Assembly: GCA_002269645.1 (NCBI GenBank)
Contig: NIVC01003602.1
Span: 1-64,000 of the forward strand
DNA from: Macrostomum lignano
Taxonomy: Eukaryota
Length of the DNA: 64,000 nt
Direction: 5' to 3'
Below are positions 36,402 to 48,400 of this stretch, piece after piece. Both the position numbers and the translations under genes were made by a program. Below the pieces are notes generated by a model. The model was not told the origin of the DNA, made no database searches, and saw nothing but the letters and a program-made list of their open reading frames with translations. Position 1 is the first letter of the stretch; each line of letters begins with the position of its first letter.

Positions 36402-37528
36402 CTTAGGAAACTGCGGGTTCCTCTGCAGGGCGTACACCGGCCCAATGTGTCCGGGATACACAGCGACAATTTTATCGGCGTCAGTTTTGCCTTTCCTGTT
36501 GCAAGCGAAAATCGCGCCCTGCTCCGAGCCGGCCATGAACTTAGTGGGAATTGTCGGCTCGTATTCGAGCGAGTAAGCGCCGTGAGCGCAGGCCAGGTCC
36601 TGCTTCTTTGTCGGATCCAGGCACAGCCGTTCGATCGGTTCGGACAGCTTTCGAGTGTCCCACCAGAGCACTTGACCGTCCGTGGACACTGAGAAGCACT
36701 CTGTACCGGTTTTGCTCTGGTTCCAAATCACTTTCCACACCGGATCGCGATGTCCGTTGGCCACCTCTGTTGACTCAACAGGTTGCGAACCTTTCCTTGA
36801 GTCCCAGTAGGCAATTTGACCGTTGTAGCAACCTCCAACCAGGACGTGCGAGTCCTTGGGATTGTACTCCAGGCAAACAAGTGGCGACACCGGCTTAAGA
36901 GCGAGCTCCGGCTTGTTGGGATTGATGACGTCCCAGAGGTAGGACTCGGTGGACGTGTCCTTCGGCGCCCGCTGGAAATCCGTGTTGCAGTAGGCGATGG
37001 CCAACTTTGTTGGCCCATCCGGGTACCAGCTGATGTGCGCCACGCCGCGGTCTTTGCAAGGATCTCTGAACACGTTGATGGTCTTGGCGGAGGGTGGCTC
37101 TTCCGTTGCTTGAATCTCAATATCGCTGAAGTAGTCCTGGTAGATGTCTATAGCGTTGTTCTGCCTGATGCAGTGCTCCATCTGGTTGCCGAGTTCTGCA
37201 CCGTACTGACGTACATTTCGTCTTTTTCGACCTTCTTACGAAACCGGATCACCTGTTCTACCTCCTGCGGATTGACGTCCTTCGGCCAGCCGCCCTCGGC
37301 GTGATTGACGCCATGGGAGTCAGTCTCAAATCGCTCGGTGTTCACATCGTGCTCGCTCATCTCCTGGACTACTTGGATGGCCCTGTCGACGGGGTCGCGC
37401 TCGAGGAACTCCTTCAGCGCTTCCGGGTTGGGCGCGATGTCTACCAGCAGCTCCGAGGGTCGGTCGCTGAAGATGCATTGGCGACCGAAATCGGCGCGCT
37501 TTTTCGTGTATACGTACTGGATCTCCAT
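36402..37528 (-). CDS. DNAI2: Dynein axonemal intermediate chain 2, exon 1; one-base frameshift at about 37193-37195
   Basis: [22 protein letters not shown]...[11 protein letters not shown]...[10 protein letters not shown] continues in the next frame as [22 protein letters not shown], followed by WD repeats; donor AAG|GTGAGC at 36402. Confidence 0.95.
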
Positions 37529-37534
37529 GGCAAC
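37521..37534. promoter_or_regulatory. RFX X-box ATCTCCATGGCAAC overlapping the DNAI2 start codon
   Basis: Full match to the relaxed X-box consensus RYYNYY-WW-RRNRAC, at a motile-cilia gene. Confidence 0.55.
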
Positions 37535-39099
37535 GACCGGGTGGCGCGGTTCTTCACTGAAATCGGCAAAGGACCATTATATTGTAAAGTAATTCACGAT
37601 ATATGTATATTTCATGCATATCTTATAGCAAATATTTATTTGAACTATATCACTTAATAGCTATTTTATAATTATCACAGTGATATTATAACTATTTTAG
37701 TGATAGTTCATCTACAGACACTGAAAATCTCTTCTTGTATCAAAACTGAAGAACCATCAGGCATATGTGCATCTAACCAGTTCTCTTCAAAAGTTTGAAG
37801 TTGTGTGCTAAATAAGAATCTCACAAAGAAGAAGTTATCGTTCCTGTAAAATGTATTGTAGTATCTACCAATTTCATTTAAAAATAAAGTCGACATTCAT
37901 TAGTTCAAATCATATATATTATTACATAAAAATCTTAAAGCAACAGAACAGAATGTCCACACTCCTTAATTCAATTATATTTTTTATATGATGATATTAG
38001 AGATTGGAGATTAATATTTAGTGAATAAGTTTCAGAAATAACTTTATATATTTCTGCTTCGGAGAAGATACACATATCGGAGAAAATGCAAAACGTAATA
38101 CAGATAGTATTATAGTATTGATAATCATCACAATAAAATTTTCAGCTATTTTGAATCCTTAATTATTTCCTTGATATCTATCCATTGCTATGGCTGTGCT
38201 ACCTGCCAAGAAAAAGCTTAAAACTAAAAAAGTCATATATGAATATATAAAATAGTACGAGTATATAGTTCCCGTCCCGTTATTTTGCTACTTTAGTTGA
38301 ATATAGAACCCATTCAAGAATTCCATCTTATAAAATCGAAGTCATTTTTGTACTCAGAAATCGATCGCATCCGGTCGCAATGCAACTAACAACCAAATAA
38401 AATATTTTGTTTAATAAAGAAAACAAAAAGAAAACTAACGAAAGTCGCAATTTATGCTTTTACTTTTTTTGCAGCATTGTAACTCGCAGACTGTTTTTTG
38501 GCTTTGTTTTACTCGTAATATACTAAAGCCCGTTGAATATGTTTCAAACTACGAAGTCATACACAGCTCAGCTCAGCGCAAGTAAGTCGTTCAAAATTTT
38601 AAAAGTTTCAGCTTTCATCCAATAAAAAGTTTTCTTTCATCCATCTTTTCACTGCAAAGCCACTTTGAAATTTTTTTCCATGCTTTGAAATATCAAATAG
38701 TATTTTTTACTAATAAACGAATACTCAAATGACGTTTATGCTTAAAGAGCGTATTAAATCGATATTAATATTATTATTATTATTATTATTATCATTATTA
38801 TTATTAAATCGAATTACATTCAATGGCGTAGTCACTTTCAGAATCTTGTGGGATATCGGTTTGAGACCATGAAATCACTTGTAAAGGATAAATACTCAGA
38901 AAATACTCGATTTATGAAACACAGCTTGGACACAATTCTGATCGAATTGACGACTCTCTGTATTTGCAGAAAATAAATTTAAGTTGAATTTAAATTGAAT
39001 GAAGCGCGCAGAAATTTTAAATCAGCAGGTAGAAGTTTTGCAGGTGTGTTCAGTGTAATAAAAAGAAGACCAATGCAAATGCCGCAAGCGGACGCGCGT

Positions 39100-41700
39100 G
39101 CTTGCGCAAAGGCGACAGGATTAATTTGATACAAGGGTATTGGGGAAAGCGCGGCGCGCCACCGCAAGACGCGAAAGCAACTTGCGATGCATCTGAATTG
39201 CGATTTGGATCTGGCTGCAGGCCGCCGCCCGCCAGCTACATTGGGGCAATATGAGATTTGCTGGAATCCCAGACGACCCATTTGAACTGCGTGTTTCGGG
39301 GGTGGCGGCCGGTTGCTTTTTTTGCAACGGCTGGCAGTGGCGGCGCGCGCAAAAAGAGCCTGAAGGAGCGAACGGTAGAGCTGGGAGCGGAAACGGCCCT
39401 CGGGGGAGGGGAGGGGGGTGGTAGGGGGAATTGCGGGTTGGCATGCGAAGCCTTGGAATCAGAGTTCCTCAGACAGCTTCCTTTCCTAATTTCCCCGAGC
39501 CTCGCTCGCAGCGCGCGCCGCACCATCTTATTCCTTAGCTGCTGCTGCTGCATGGGCTGTAGGGCTCTTGCCCTAGGGCTCTAGGGCCGCCGCCGCCGCC
39601 GCTGCCGCCACCCGGCCAGCCCCACCCCCTGCCCCTACACTTTCAGCGCGCTGCGTGTCCCCGGGTCCCATTCCGCGCATCCCCCCCCCCTGGCCGGCTG
39701 TCCGTCTCTCCCACCCCTTCCACCCCCTAAACCAAGCCAAGACTTCAAATTGTTTGGCCGTGCGGCGCTGCCGCGGCGACTCGCGGCTGTGCCGGCCGGC
39801 CGGCCGCATCTATTTGACGAGCAACGCGCGGAGCCCGGCGGCCCCCCGCGCGGGTAGGTGAAGTGAAGAGGAAACTGCGAAGGCTAGAGAAAAAAATAAG
39901 CTATAGGCCTATATGACTAGGCTAGCCCAGCTAGGTATATAGCCAGAGCTGGGCATCTCAATGACGCGCGGGCGGCCAGTAAAAAGGGGGTGGATGAAGT
40001 GAGCGAGAGCGCCCCGCAGAGGTGACGACAACGTATAGAATGGAGTGGACAGGCCCCTGGCCAAAGAGAGAAGAGAGACAGACGCAGCGGCTTTAGTAGC
40101 CATTTGCCAAACCCGGATCCACAGCTTAGCTGGGATCGTTTCTCTCCTCTGCACCCGACCTTCCTCCTCCCTCCGGAGGAGGGGGGACGGGCGGGCGCTC
40201 GCGCGTCGTCGTCAGGCCGGCACTCAGGGCTGATCGCGCGCCTCGCCCCGGGCCCGCATCCGTATGCGGCAGCGGGAACAGAATATTAACTAACTAGCTA
40301 ATAGCTGCTGCGGGCCTCCAGTCTGTCTACGTGAAGCTTTGGCTCACAGTGAGAGCAGAGAGGCCAGGCCAGGCATTTGGGTTGGGCGGGGCAGAGTTCG
40401 CCGATTAGGGATTTAGGAGCAGCGCCGCTGCTGCCGGCTTGGCTGCTGCCCCGCACTGCTGGCAGCACTGTCAGAGGCTGAGAGCGGGATGGACTTACAG
40501 GGAAACAGAGAAAAATGAGACAGTTACCCGAGCGCCGAGTGTCCCTTGTTCAATCACCCGGACCTCCCAGATTTAAAGCGCGAAGGCCCATACAACTTGT
40601 CAGATAGTTTTAACAATCAATCCCAGAAACTTGGGGAGGCGTCCATCTTCACTTCATCTGGATGACTCCACAATTGGAGTTAAGCAATAATCTTTTTAGT
40701 CAGTGGAGGGCAGCGTCATGGGGGCAGCGAGTGAAAGGGGCGCTCGGCCCCGACGGGATGTGGAAGGACTGGGAAGGAGGCGACGGGCAAGGCGGGCCCA
40801 GCAGTCGCAATTTTTGTTGTTGGAGATGTGGCGCGCACATCTGGCATCCAGGAGTTTCGCTCCATGCGGCATCCCCCTTCTGCCGCCCCCTCCCTCCCCA
40901 GGAGCTCCAAGCCGGGCAAACAAGTAGGGACCCGCCGCCGGGCCCCCAATCCATCCCTCTCCAATCCCTCAATCTCGAAGCATATTCGCTCGCTCGATTG
41001 CGCAATCAGCGCTTGGTTGCGGCGGGCGGGCGGGCGGGCGGCCCCCGTCAGAGCTGAGCCGTGCAGACCGAATCGAAGCTGCTGGAGACCCATTGCGCAG
41101 ATTGGCTTGGCTTGGCTCCTTTCTCTCTTCAGGGCTATTATCGGCGGGCAAAGCGGGGGCGCGGGAACGACAGTCGGAGCGGAACAAAGCCCCCCTGCCC
41201 CCCGGTTTTTCTCTCTTAGGCAGGGGCAGCTCGCGGCCCGCAACCCGCCCCCCCCCCCTGTCGCCAGCTGTGGGATTTTCAGAGAGGAGGAAATGGGAAT
41301 CGCGGGGAGGAGCGAAGCCGAGCCCAGAGCCAGGAGAAAGAGAGACGCCTGGGACCCGGGGGCGCGCGGCGGTAACCCAATCTTCCTCCTCTCGCTTCTC
41401 CTCCCCCCGCCCTCTGTTTCTTCCTCATTTCCCAAAGCCCCTTTTCATCGCTCGCCTCGCGCGATCCCGGCAGTTGGCAGCCAGCCTGGGCCTGTCTCTC
41501 CTCTCCTTCCCCTTCCCCCTTCATCCGCGCGCTCCATTTCCCGCGGGCCATTTCGCGCGCTGGCCCCGCCATGGAAGAAGCGATGGACCTTACTAAACTG
41601 CTCCCCTTTGCCTGCTCCGGGTGCTCCCGCTCCTCTGCTTCATGGCAATCCCCTGGCAATGACCGGCACTGCCAATGAGAACAAAGACTGAGGAAATAGC
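39100..41700. promoter_or_regulatory. GC/CpG-rich island-like region without a long credible ORF
   Basis: Dense CpG/GCGC and G-tracts against AT-rich flanks; C/EBP palindrome ATTGCGCAAT at 40997-41006; (GGGC)4 at 41024-41038. Confidence 0.45.
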
Positions 41701-42219
41701 GGCGGTGTTGCTTTTTGCCTTTGCTTTTTTCGTTTTCGCTCTTTGATTTTGGAATTTCTTTTTCTTCACTTTTTGTTTATTCTTCTGTGGATATTAAACA
41801 CGGTATTGTGAGGGAGTTCATCTCAGTTTATAAAAATAAAAATTCTCACGAACTCTACCGAAAAATCATATTTTTGACCAGATGTTTGCTGTCTGCTGGG
41901 GTCTCCCCTATTGTGTTGCTTGCGTTTGCGGAAATGGCACCGCTTCTTATGCATTTATACATGCATAAAGCGCATATTGACATTTGTAACAAAGCTACCG
42001 GCGCACAATTGAATTTGAACCCCCAAGTAAAACAAACTTCTTAGTTTGCACGATGACCCTCTTCTTTTGGTGCGAAATCAAAACAGAAAGTTCTGACGGC
42101 CTGTCAGGTACTCAGTTCACTTGATGATGAACTAAGAACTTACTCAATTTCGAGTTTTGAGTACCGTTTTGAGTGAATGCAATGCACATATAAATCAGTC
42201 AAGTGCAAATATTGTTGAA

Positions 42220-42800
42220 TCAAGTGCAGACATGAGTGAATGCAGAGATGAGTGAATTCAATGCAGGGATAATTGAATTCAATGATGAGTGAATCCAATG
42301 TAGAGATGAGTGAATTCCAAGCATAGATGAATAAATCCAATGCAAATATGAGTGAATCCAATGCAGGGATGAGTGAATCCCATGCATAGATACGTGAATT
42401 CCATGCAAAGATGAGTGAATCCCATGCAGATATGAGTGAATCCCATGCAAAATTGAGTGAATCCCAGCAAAGATGAGTGAATCCCAGAAAATATGTGAAT
42501 CCATGCAAAGATGAGTGAATCCCATGAAAATATGAGTGAATCCATGCAAAGATGAGTGAATCCATGCAGATGAGTGAATCCATGCAGATGAGTGAATCCC
42601 ATGCAAAGATGAGTGAATCCAGCAGATGAGTGAATCCATGCAAAGATGAGTGAATCCCATGAAAATATGAGTGAATCCCATGCAAAGATGAGTGAATCCA
42701 ATGCAGATATGAGTGAATCCCATGCAAAGATGAGTGAATCCCAGGCAAAGATGAGTGAATCCCAGGCAAAGATGAGTGAATTCCATGCAAAGATGAGTGA
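42220..42800. repeat. About 20-22-bp minisatellite (GATGAGTGAATCCCATGCAAA)n
   Basis: Tandem copies with small indels. Confidence 0.92.
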
Positions 42801-43460
42801 ACGCAGAATTAAGTGAATAAAAAACAAGTTTATTACACTTGTCTTAGGCGATAATATTCATGAATTTATCCTGAAATGCTGGATTAATTTTTTATTTTGT
42901 ACAGAAAGAGATGCCATAATGAATAAGAGTAAAATAATGCATTGTTTTGCTTAAAACTGATTAAAGCATTGAAGCAATTCACAGGCAATCACGCGTGAAT
43001 TGTGATTAAAATAGCATGTTTTGACCGGGATATGCCAAATAAAAAGCAGCAATTGAATTTGACTGCAATTATTATCAGACAGAATGCTAATGTACACGAA
43101 TTTTGAGAAGTTCAAAATTTACAACTGACAGACACAGATAACAGCGATAGGGATAGTTTGAGAACAAAGGATTTCACATAAATGCTACAAGTGACGAGAA
43201 ACTATGCTACAAACAGAGATTTAGAAACTGTTTAAATTATTTACATAAATATCGATATTTGTTAATAAGTAGCAACACTTGGAACGAAATTTGACAACAA
43301 CAATTTAATTGAAGCTTGAATGTCAAAGATATTGTACTAATAGAGACTTAAGGGATTAAAGATTTGCCATTTACAAGAAATCGATTGCTATTGAATCCTT
43401 TCTAATCTGTGTACAACATAGCAATTTGCCGTAGGTTCGGTCATCAGGTACAAAAAGCAG

Positions 43461-43745
43461 TCAATTTCTAGCATTACTGTTTGCTTGCAGCAAGGTACGG
43501 CATCGGTTCTGCAGTTTGTTAATCCTCTCAAATACTTTAACAGCTGGGCCCAGTTTCAGGCCGAGACCTGCGAGCACGTCCATTCGCTTCATCAGCATCA
43601 GAGAGGCGCCATCGATCTCTTGATCGACAAATGCCTGAGCAGCCAGAGGGAAGCCTTCGATAGGAGCCAGGATTTCACTTGGGCGATGGTCCACTTGCTG
43701 GCGTCGAATGGATTCGGGTCGTCTAGAAATACAGGCGACTTCCTG
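43461..43745 (-). CDS. SAMD1: SAMD1-like protein last exon: SAM domain; one-base frameshift at about 43655-43659
   Basis: Acceptor CTCCCAACTCCAG at 43746 (phase 2) gives [30 protein letters not shown]; the next frame gives [42 protein letters not shown], close to the SAMD1 SAM ([40 protein letters not shown]). Confidence 0.85.
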   Translation of the reverse strand, partial: QEVACISRRPESIRRQQVDHRPSEILAPIEGFPLAAQAFVDQEIDGASLMLMKRMDVLAGLGLKLGPAVKVFERINKLQNRCRTLLQANSNARN

Positions 43746-43829
43746 CTGGAGTTGGGAGAGACAAATCAAGCGAATGAAATTAGCTTTTTACCATAGAAGT
43801 TTGAATTAGAAAACTAGATTTAATGGTCT

Positions 43830-44175
43830 ATCTAGTTGGAAGCTTTTACCATAGACACTGGCTAGTTAAGGTGGTTTTACCGCTACCAGGCATTGGCTAG
43901 CTGGGGTGGAGTTTTACCATAGACACTAGCTGACTAACGTCTAGCTGGGGTGGGATTTTACCATAGACACTGGCTGATTAACGTCTAGCTGGGGTGGGGT
44001 TTTACCATAGACCACTGGCAGACTAACGACTAGTTGGGGTGGAGGTTTACCATAGACACTGGCTAGTTAAGGTGATTTTACCATAGACTGGCTAGTTGGG
44101 TGGAATTTTACCATAGACACTGGCTGACTAACGTCTAGTTGGGGTGGGGTTTTACCATAGACATTGGCTGACAAG
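43830..44175. repeat. Variable 30-42-bp minisatellite (TTTTACCATAGACACTGGCT..CTAGCTGGGGTGG)n
   Basis: Tandem copies filling the SAMD1-like intron. Confidence 0.88.
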
Positions 44176-44250
44176 TCAGAGTCTTTGCAATATAGACTGT
44201 TGCATAAATTTAGATTTAGGCCCACGGTTTCTACCAAGCGCGTCACTCAC

Positions 44251-45912
44251 CTATTCACCGATCCGTCATCCTCGATCTTCTGACAGGCTGAGCAAATCCA
44301 CTTGGCCTCGCTAGCCGGCTTCTCCGGTATCTTCGGCCGGTGGCAGCTGACGTGGTAGCCCTTGTCGCAGGCGTCACAGATAAGCATCAGCTCCGCGTCG
44401 CCTGGATCGAGGCAGACGCAGCAGGTCTTGCACTCGGAGCACTGCCAAGGCGACTGGCGGGCTCGAGAGGCCAGCTCAACTGAGTAGAGCATGCAGCTAG
44501 GATGGGCCCGGTGGCTGCAGTCGCGGCAGGTTAGCAACTGCTCAGGGACGCCCATTCGATTAGCTCGGCCAGAGGACAAGCAAAAATCGCAGAGTTCATC
44601 GTCAGACTGCTGCTGATTAAGCTCTTGCTCAATCTCCTGCTCAGAGTCTTCCTGATGTTGCTGCTGCTGCTGCTGGGAACGCTCTTCCAGAGAAGCAGCA
44701 GATGCTTTGGATTGTTTTCGAGTTTTCTCTTTGTTGTGCTTTGACTTGGTCGTAGCCGGCGATTCACTTGGTTGACTTTGGCGTCGCTCCTTCTGCTCGG
44801 TTGGATTTGGCGATCCGGCGGTCGCCGGCTTCTCAGCGACTACGGCGGAAGCGGCGGCTACTGCTGGGGATGCTGAGTCCCTGGCAACGCCTTTGACTCG
44901 CGAGATGACCACGGTTGGAATTGGTGGTAGGGCCTGCTGCGGTTGCTTAGTGACAGACGAAGGCTGCGATGTCGGAGAGTGCTCAGCAGACTGAGCCGCT
45001 GGCGTGGCCGTAGTGTCTGCCACAGAGACAGACGTGATGCAGTAAGCAGGTGGCGCAGTTTCACTATTAGAGGAGCAATTACTTGAGCTGGAACTCGCGG
45101 TGGAGGCTGGCTGCCGCTGCTGCTGCTGAGGCAAGCAATGGCCAACTGACAAGTCCAGCGGTTCGCACAGGTCCGACTGAGCTGGCTCGCTTGGTCTCGG
45201 CCGCTTAGCCTGGGGCGGGTGAAGCTGCTGCGACTGCTGCTGCTTGTTGCTGTTGCTTGTCTGCTGCTGCTTGTTGTTGCTGCTGCTGCTGCTGCTCTCC
45301 TTGCGCTTTTTGAGCGCCTCCTTATCGCGACGCTTCGATCCGTCCGGGTCGAGAGTGTACCGGCCGGTGGAGACGCGGCACAGTCCGCCAGTGGACGCCT
45401 CGCGTTCGAGCGCCATCTCCAGAGTTTCGCCCTGCAGAGGCTCCGCGCCTGGCGCCGAATCCTCTTCTTCAGACGTCGCCGACGGCAGGCAGCGCAGACG
45501 ATCGGCCACGTCCTGAACGGTGAAGCCGGAGGCGAGCACGTCGGGCTGATCGCTGGCCAGGCTGCCGACTGCGGCCAACAGGCGACGACTGGTGGCGCTG
45601 CTGTTCAACACGCTGCTGATGAGGGAGCCGCGGCGCCATTTTGAAGCATTCCGGTAGGACACGGAGCCTTTGTACTCGACCTTCAGCACCGAGCCGTCGT
45701 CAACTAGACGCTCGAGCAGCTGTACAATGGCCTCCCGTTGGAGACCGTGATGCCGCGTCACCATCGAACAGATCCGATCAATATCTGGCCGGGCCTTCCG
45801 CTCGCGCAGTTTGTCAATGATGGTCAGGATCATTGTGCGGATCGGCTCATCGCCGAGAGCAGCCGCTGCAGCCGCGGCGGCTGCTGCTGCTGCGGCGGCT
45901 TTTTCCGCGGAA

Positions 45913-45948
<36 letters not shown>

Positions 45949-46262
45949 GACGGTGGCGGAGAAGACATCGTTGTGGACGTGACAATGGCGGCTGCGTGTC
46001 CGGGCAGCTGCTGAGCGGCGGCCAGATTGTCCGGACGCTGTTGAACTAGCCGATCAACCGAGTGTCCGATGGAGGACTTGACCGGTGCCGGTGCATGACA
46101 GATGTTGTTGTTCTCGCCTAGGCTGGCACTGGTATTATTATTAATGGCAGCCTTTGCACCGCCGTGGTGATGATGGAGCTGATGGTGATAGCTAGCCACC
46201 ACCTGCTGCGACGACAGGAAGCCAGGCGGGATGGCCGTCTGCACTGGCAGAGCGCGGGCCAT
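44251..46262 (-). CDS. SAMD1: SAMD1-like chromatin protein main exon: SAMD1-type winged helix, second H15-like winged helix, low-complexity linker and double PHD finger
   Basis: ATG at 46262. IIDKLRERKARPDIDRICSMV.RHHG...VLKVEYKGSVSYRNA resembles SAMD1 WH. LLAAVGSL..GFTVQDVADRL..LEMALERE..G.L..GRYTL resembles KAT6 WH2. The DPF runs from CDFC through HPSC, WQCSECKTCCVC and CDACDKGYHVSC to WICSAC. Donor AG|GTGAGT at 44251. Confidence 0.88.
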
Positions 46263-46399
46263 TTGTTCTTTCCGTCTTTTTGAGAACTTTCTTTTAGGAA
46301 GCAAATTGGCTGGTATACACAACCAGACGGGCAAAAGGGAAGCAAGCTTCTTGGTGGGAGATATTTGCGACGCGCAACGCAGTCTGGGTACCGCTGCTG

Positions 46400-48400
46400 A
46401 GGAGAGCGACAACTTAAAAGCGCGACTGAGTGGGGGGGGTGGAGGAGAGAGAGGAAGGCAGGGCCTCCGGGAAGCAAACAGGGCTTTGTGCGAGAGGAGG
46501 AAAAAAGAGAAAAAAGCCCGACGGAATTGAGGGGGCAGACAGGGCCTTTTTTCTAGTTAAGGCAGGCAGGCAAGGCTTTATTCCGCGGATCGCGGGCGGG
46601 CGCGCTAAACTCGGGCCGGGCCGTCCGTCTTCTCTTCTTTCTGCTTGGTGGCGGGCCGCGTCGGTGCCTCCCTGCGCATAAATAGGGGCCCACCGCCACC
46701 CCCCACAGCCCCAAGCCTAAGAGAATGAGGGGTCGGAACTGGAAGCGAAGAACTGGGGGGGGGGGGGGGCGGGTGACGCGCTCACTCGGTCCAGATCGCC
46801 CCCGCCGCTCTCCAGTCCGGCCGCCAACCCCGCCTCCCCAAACCAAAGCGGCCTCAGCCAGTGAAACGAGAGGAGAGCCCGCCGCCGCGCCGGGCCGCTC
46901 TCCAGAGCCTGTTTCGCGGGCCTTTGCCACCTTCCCACTCACCCCCCCCCCACACGCAGCAGACTAAGGCCAAGGCCCGGTCCGCTTTTGCCCGGCGGCG
47001 GCGGAGGAGTGGGGCAGGGGTTGGGCCGCGGGTTTATGGCCCTGGGGCGCGCTGGGCCGTGCCGCTGACGCGGTCTTGGCTTCTATGCTTCGCTTCGCCT
47101 CCTCTCCTAGTTCTCCCGCGCTCCTGGGGCCGTGGAGCCGCCCCGCCGCCTGCAGCCCCTCAAGGCCAAAGCCGAAAAAAACTGGAAGAGAGCGCAGCGC
47201 GCTCAGCGTCACCGCCAGCCAGAGCCAGACAGAATGCTCCGGAAGAGAGCTCTCTTTCAAATCCCGCCCCAATGCGAAATAAGTCAAACAGGGATGGTGC
47301 GGCCTTGAAGACAAAATAGACTTCTGATGATTGCCTAAAAATTAATAAGCTCCCCAGATTTCCTACTGATAAAAGTGGCACAGACAGACGAGTCATTGAC
47401 AGGCTGAAATCCCCGGGATTTTTCCGGGGATCGAATTCTTAAACTGGACTCTACACAAGACGCCGCTTACTCTACAGCTCTCGCGGCACCACCCCTGCAA
47501 CCGAAAGAAGGACCTCCGTCGATGCTCGATGCAGCCGGTCAGTCATCCACCCGAAACCCCTCTGTCTCTCTCACTCACTGCGCCAGACACTCGTTCGTCC
47601 TAATGAATTCTCCACTGCGCCGGCTCCTATCCTCGTGCGTCAGCCCCCGCCTTGCCCGCGTTGCCTGTCTCTCGGTTGCCCTTGCCTGCCCGCCTCTCCC
47701 ACCTCTTCTTTGCTCTTTCTCTTCAGTGTCGCGGCTGCTGCGGCCGCTGGCCTCGCCTGCCTAGACGCGCGCTCAACCCGGTTCTTCCTTCCTCTTCCTC
47801 TCTCTTTCTCTTTCTCTCAGCCGGCAGGCGGCCCAGCCATCGAGGGGGGGGGGGAGTTGAGCTAAGTAGCCCGAGAGCCTATATAGGTATAAGGTGGATA
47901 GGCGGGCCGTCCCCCGCCCCACCTTTTTCTCTCTTTTTTCTTGCCAGCCATGAGCCTCAAATCCGCCGATGCGAGTCGCCGCAAGGCCGCCCCCCCCCCT
48001 GGGGTCTATTCATCTTTTCCCCTATATATCTATCTATATTGCTCATCCCTTATACCTGTATAGATTCCTCATTTTTTTCCACATCCTGCCAGCAGGAGCA
48101 GAATCTGAGCTGAGCCGAGCCTATAGCTATAGCTAGTCCCTAGTCCGCGCCACTTCCCCGTTTCCTCACCCCTCTCTATCCTCCCCCCTCCCCCTCGTCG
48201 ATTCTTGATCCCCATTTTCCCAACCGCGAGCGCGCGGGTGCGAACGGAGCGCTCACGGGGATCAAGAGGCGAGGCGGGAAATCGTTCCTATAGAAAAGTT
48301 GCAAATCTCTCATCCTAGTCCTCTACCTGCCGCCTTCCACCCACCTAATCATTCGAACAATCTGCATCCTGTTCTGTTTCTGCTCCGTTTATAAGGAATT
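46400..48400. promoter_or_regulatory. GC/CpG-rich region upstream of the SAMD1-like gene (probable 5'UTR/promoter)
   Basis: CpG-dense with G/C tracts, directly 5' of the ATG on the minus strand. Confidence 0.45.

Noticed and set aside
37180-37210. Programmed ribosomal frameshifting in the three broken genes
   Set aside because: No slippery heptamers or stimulatory structures; orthologous regions are continuous; single-base deletion is more parsimonious.
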